A stretch of 63,876 bases of DNA, filler included, from Candidatus Tectimicrobiota bacterium (GTDB taxonomy: Bacteria; JACPSX01), in NCBI GenBank assembly GCA_016193065.1. It is 8 parts of 8 records of this genome, joined end to end, with 100 filler letters (N's around TTAATTAATTAA, not from the genome) between each part and the next. Parts side by side here need not be neighbours in the genome. Positions count along the whole stretch, not along the records: positions 56,397 to 60,769 come from JACPSX010000162.1; positions 60,870 to 63,876 come from JACPSX010000163.1; 6 more parts are not named here. The stretch is one strand, 5' to 3'. Position numbers and translations under genes: made by a program. The notes beneath the pieces are model-generated. The model was not told the origin of the DNA. It did not search any database and saw only the letters and a list, made by a program, of their open reading frames with translations. Positions 60,426 through 63,876 of the stretch are shown here, in pieces. Each line of letters opens with the position of its first letter. Within the stretch, counting starts at the first letter, position 1.

Positions 60426-60769
60426 CTAACCGAAGGCCACGTCCAGAACCATCATCACCGTAAATCCGGACATCAGGCCCATGGTGGCCAGATCGCCGTA
60501 TCCGCTGCGCTGGGATTCGGGCACAACCTCCTCCACCACCACGAAGATCATGGCCCCGGCGGCAAAAGCCAGGGCATAGGGGAGGATCGGCTTGGCCAGG
60601 AGCACGGCGGCGGCCCCGAAAATGCCCGCCAGAGGCTCCACGACGGCCGACAACTGCCCGTACCAGAAGCTTTTCAGCGGGACACGCCCTCCCGGCGCAG
60701 GGGCATGGCCACCGCCATTCCTTCCGGGAAGTTTTGCAGGCCGATGCCGATGGCCAGCGCGATGGCGGC
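60426..60769 (-). CDS. ZIP/ZupT family metal transporter, 3' part (apparent 1-nt deletion near 60677)
   Basis: [12 protein letters not shown]...REGVSR / [15 protein letters not shown]...[17 protein letters not shown]. Confidence 0.88.
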
Positions 60770-60870
60770 NNNNNNNNNNNNNNNNNNNNNNNNNNNNNNN
60801 NNNNNNNNNNNNNTTAATTAATTAANNNNNNNNNNNNNNNNNNNNNNNNNNNNNNNNNNNNNNNNNNNNC

Positions 60871-61830
60871 GGAGGCTTGCGCCGGGCCTCTCTGGAGGTG
60901 GCTGCACTGGGGCGAAAACTGGCCGGGGATCTTGGGGGTACGCTGGAAGCCGTTATCCTGGGGGAGAAGATCTCCGAGGAGGTTACTAGCCTCCTGGGCC
61001 AGTATGGAGCTCAACAGGTTCACGCGCTCGAGCACCCGCTTCTGGCCCGATACACGGCCAGAGCCTATGCGATGGCTTTGAGCCCGCTGGTGAAGGAAGT
61101 GGATCCGGAGATTTTCCTGCTGGCCGGAACCACCCTGGGCCGGGATCTGGCGCCTCGGGTCGCCACCAGCCTGGGAACGGGGCTGGCAGCCGATTGCGTT
61201 CACGCCGCGCTGGGAGAGGATGGCATCCTGGTTCTGAAAAGGCCGGTCTTCGCGGGAAAAGCCTACGCCGAAGTCGCAATTCCCAAGGCCCGCCCCCAGA
61301 TGGCGACTATCCGGCCCAACGTGATGCCCGCAGGGAATCCGTCCCCGGATTCGAAACCGCAAGTCCACCGGGTTTCCTGCGCACTGGACGAGACGAGGGT
61401 CCGCACTCGGGTGAAAGAAGTGGTCAAGGCCAGCAGCGGTCTCGTTGAATTGAGCGAAGCAAAAATTATCGTCTCCGGTGGCCGGGGGATGAAGGGCCCG
61501 GAAAATTTCAGCCTGCTGGAGGATCTGGCCAAGCCTCTGGGGGCCGCAGTGGGGGCTTCCCGGGCTGCCGTGGATGCGGGCTGGAGAGAACACAAATGGC
61601 AGGTGGGCCAGACGGGCAAGACCGTCTCCCCGGATCTCTACGTTGCCTGCGGTATTTCGGGGGCGATTCAGCACCTGGCAGGAATGTCCTCTTCGAAGTG
61701 CATTGTGGCGATTAACAAGGATCCCGAGGCTCCGATCCTCAAGGTGGCTGATTACGGGATTGTGGGTGATTTGTTCGCAGTGGTGCCGCTGCTGACCGAG
61801 GAATTCCGAAAACTCCTGTCCAGTAGCTAG
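60871..61830 (+). CDS. etfA: electron transfer flavoprotein alpha subunit (5' partial)
   Basis: [41 protein letters not shown]. Confidence 0.95.
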   Translation, partial: GGLRRASLEVAALGRKLAGDLGGTLEAVILGEKISEEVTSLLGQYGAQQVHALEHPLLARYTARAYAMALSPLVKEVDPEIFLLAGTTLGRDLAPRVATSLGTGLAADCVHAALGEDGILVLKRPVFAGKAYAEVAIPKARPQMATIRPNVMPAGNPSPDSKPQVHRVSCALDETRVRTRVKEVVKASSGLVELSEAKIIVSGGRGMKGPENFSLLEDLAKPLGAAVGASRAAVDAGWREHKWQVGQTGKTVSPDLYVACGISGAIQHLAGMSSSKCIVAINKDPEAPILKVADYGIVGDLFAVVPLLTEEFRKLLSSS

Positions 61831-61873
61831 GGATTCTCTCTCGCTTGCGGAGCGATGTTTGGACGAGCGGGCC

Positions 61874-62290
61874 ATGCCGGCACGAAAAATTCGGGTTGTG
61901 ATCGCCAAGGCGGGACTTGACGGCCATGATCGGGGCGCCAAGGTAGTGGCTCGGGCCCTGCGTGACGCCGGCATGGAAGTGATCTACACGGGCCTCCACC
62001 AGACTCCTGAGCAGGTGGTGGCCGCGGCGGCCCAGGAGGATGCCGATGCCATCGGCCTGAGCGTCCTCTCGGGAGCTCATCGATATCTGTTTTCCAGGAT
62101 CAGCGAGCTTCTCAAAGATCGGGGGATGGAGGATGTTCTCCTCTTTGGCGGGGGGATCATCCCCAGGGAAGACATGGTCTTTTTGCAGGAGATTGGAGTG
62201 AAGGCCGTCTTCACACCCGGGGCAAGCACCGGAGAGATCGTCGACTTTGTGCGGCGCACGGTCGCTGATCGCAGCGGGGAGAGACCGTGA
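61874..62290 (+). CDS. cobalamin-binding small subunit of an acyl-CoA mutase
   Basis: [27 protein letters not shown]. Confidence 0.94.
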   Translation: MPARKIRVVIAKAGLDGHDRGAKVVARALRDAGMEVIYTGLHQTPEQVVAAAAQEDADAIGLSVLSGAHRYLFSRISELLKDRGMEDVLLFGGGIIPREDMVFLQEIGVKAVFTPGASTGEIVDFVRRTVADRSGERP

Positions 62291-63243
62291 GCCTGGCCGA
62301 ACGCGTGCTGCGGGGAGATCCGAGGGCTGCCGCCCGGCTGATCTCTATGGCGGAAGACGGAGACCCGGCTGCTCGTGGCGAGATGGAAACCTTATACCCA
62401 CACACGGGGCGTGCCTACATCGTGGGAGTCACGGGACCGCCGGGTTCCGGAAAAAGCACGCTCGTTGACCAGCTTACGGAGCGCTGGCGCCAGGAGGGGA
62501 AGAAAATCGGAATTGTCGCCGTGGACCCTTCCAGCCCGTTTACCGGCGGGGCGATTCTTGCAGACCGGATCCGGATGCAGCGTCACGGGACCGATGAGGG
62601 AGTTTTCATACGCAGCATGGCAAGCCGGGGTCAGATGGGTGGACTGGCTCGCGCGAGCTATGATGCGGTTCAGGTGCTGGATGCCTTTGGCTGTGAGATG
62701 ATCTTGCTGGAGACGGTGGGGGTGGGTCAGGATGAGGTGGACATTGTGCGGACGGCCGATACTGTCCTCGTCTTGGCGGTTCCCGGTCTGGGCGATTCGG
62801 TCCAGGTTCTGAAGGCGGGGATCATGGAGATTGCCGACATCTTCGTGGTCGGAAAGGCTGACCTGGAGGGGGCGGATCAGGTTGGGCGGGATCTGGCGGC
62901 ATTGCAGGAAATCGAGGGAGGAGGCCGACAGGGTTGGATGCCGCCCGTGATCAAGGTGGAGGGGCTGAGTGGGTCGGGAGTCCCCGAATTGCTGCGCGTC
63001 ATCGGGGAGCACCGGGAGTACATGGCCCGTTCTGTGGAGGGGGAAGTAAGAAAACGGCGACGCCTCGAGACGCATCTGGAGCAGCTCCTGGCAGGGGAAT
63101 TGATGGAGCAGGCATTGGAATCCCTGAGACGGTCGGGAAAATGGGAGGAAGCTCTGGCCCGGCTCGGCAGACGCGATTGCGATCCATACAGGCTGGCTCA
63201 GGAGCTGGCCGAGCAGATTTTGGTTTCCCCTCCTTCCCCGTAA
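62287..63243 (+). CDS. meaB: methylmalonyl-CoA mutase-associated GTPase
   Basis: [44 protein letters not shown]. Confidence 0.95.
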   Translation: MSLAERVLRGDPRAAARLISMAEDGDPAARGEMETLYPHTGRAYIVGVTGPPGSGKSTLVDQLTERWRQEGKKIGIVAVDPSSPFTGGAILADRIRMQRHGTDEGVFIRSMASRGQMGGLARASYDAVQVLDAFGCEMILLETVGVGQDEVDIVRTADTVLVLAVPGLGDSVQVLKAGIMEIADIFVVGKADLEGADQVGRDLAALQEIEGGGRQGWMPPVIKVEGLSGSGVPELLRVIGEHREYMARSVEGEVRKRRRLETHLEQLLAGELMEQALESLRRSGKWEEALARLGRRDCDPYRLAQELAEQILVSPPSP

Positions 63244-63258
63244 CTCTCATAACCTTCT

Positions 63259-63385
63259 TTGCCCCCTCGGGGTGCCCACACCCAGGATGGGTACCCGGCT
63301 CACGAAGCGCTTGCGACGTGAATTCTGTGAGCCGGATTGAGAGTTCCCTTCCTCGCAACCGCTTAGATCGCCTGCGGGGGCAACC
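63259..63385 (+). repeat. dispersed intergenic repeat family A, best-preserved copy
   Basis: Outer TTGCCCCC/GGGGGCAA pairing; blocks shared with the copy at 45754. Confidence 0.85.
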
Positions 63386-63404
63386 CCTCGGGGAAAGAGC
63401 ACCG

Positions 63405-63630
63405 AGAGGGGCCGCCAGTCCCGTCCTGAGCGCAAGTGCCGGGAGCAGCGCAACACCCGCAAAGCGGGTACCCGCACCGGGAGCGGCCAGGGATGGGAAA
63501 CCGCGCAGCCTCAATTTGCTTGCGGATAGCTGAACACTGCACGTGGCGGTAGCGGAGGGTTCCCACCCTGGGCGCCCCGTAAGGGTCCGCTGCGGAAGGC
63601 GTGGAGCGACGGGCGGGATGCGGCCCCTTT
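63405..63630 (+). ncRNA. unidentified long rod-like structured element
   Basis: Nested pairings AGAGGGGCCGC/GCGGCCCCTTT, CCCGTC/GACGGG, GCAGCG/CGCTGC, CCAGGG/CCCTGG, TGGGAA/TTCCCA, CCGC/GCGG, TGCGG/CTGCA. Confidence 0.4.
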
Positions 63631-63716
63631 CCCAGTGGGGCGGCAAGAACTGGGGGTGGGCAAGTTTTCTCCCCGGAAAACTAGGGGAGTTACGGGGAAG
63701 GAGAGGAGGTCAAAAT

Positions 63717-63876
63717 GTGCAATTGAGAACTTTCTCGCCGGTGACGACCCGCTGGCAAACGGTCCTGCCGAACGAGAGCCTCGGTTGGTCCGAGCGAATG
63801 ATCATTGAGGCCACTCGTGCGGGAGTTCATGGGCCAGGTTGGTTCGCTGTGGACCCCGAGATCAAATCGGTCATCA
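63717..63876 (+). CDS. hypothetical protein, 5' part
   Basis: GGAGG RBS then an open frame from GTG to the window end. Confidence 0.35.
   Translation, partial: MQLRTFSPVTTRWQTVLPNESLGWSERMIIEATRAGVHGPGWFAVDPEIKSVI

Noticed and set aside
60670-60680. TGA in the ZIP gene as selenocysteine
   Set aside because: Homology continues in a different frame, so this is a frameshift rather than readthrough.
63405-63630. Cobalamin riboswitch, RNase P RNA, tmRNA or SRP RNA
   Set aside because: Signature motifs (B12 box/GGGAA-GCCACTG, GAGGAAAGTCC, tRNA-like ends, GGAAGGAAGCAG) were not found on either strand.
63715-63745. ATG TGC AAT TGA as a third selenoprotein (MCNU)
   Set aside because: Further TGA stops follow within a few codons and there is no family support; the GTG frame at 63717 is open instead.

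Overview
This window is not one contiguous locus. It is eight contigs of a GC-rich bacterial draft genome or MAG (gene content resembles Desulfobacterota/Nitrospinota/Tectomicrobia-like lineages; not resolvable here), joined by 100-bp N/TTAATTAATTAA spacers. Contig 1 (1-23521): 16S rRNA 5' end, tyrS, MoaD-like, lon, galU, gshB with an in-frame TGA, ppiD, mreBCD-mrdA-rodA-rng, hflX with a probable ATC start, rhomboid, hisC, monooxygenase pair, internally deleted tatD, bioD, bioA. Contig 2: DUF3501/Fe-S oxidoreductase/rubrerythrin, a peptidase, an in-frame thioesterase-SDR fusion, fused ETF. Contig 3: rpoC end, rpsL-rpsG-fusA-tuf. Contig 4: glgB, DUF6178, RsmF-like, a TA pair and a duplicated gene end. 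Contig 5: hybrid kinase and a hidden ArsC-like selenoprotein (UxxS). Contig 6: dsrKJOP-dsrM2K2-cobA/cysG, then an 11-heme cytochrome c split by an in-frame UGA with an fdhF-like SECIS hairpin, then an exported rhodanese. Contig 7: decayed defence/TA array punctuated by three promoter-bearing direct repeats and containing an attC-bounded integron-type cassette. Contig 8: etfA, B12-binding subunit, meaB and a 226-nt rod-like fold. The best candidate for a new system is the Dsr-linked multiheme selenoprotein plus rhodanese module; the promoter-repeat cassette array is second. All family calls are from motif recognition, not database searches.
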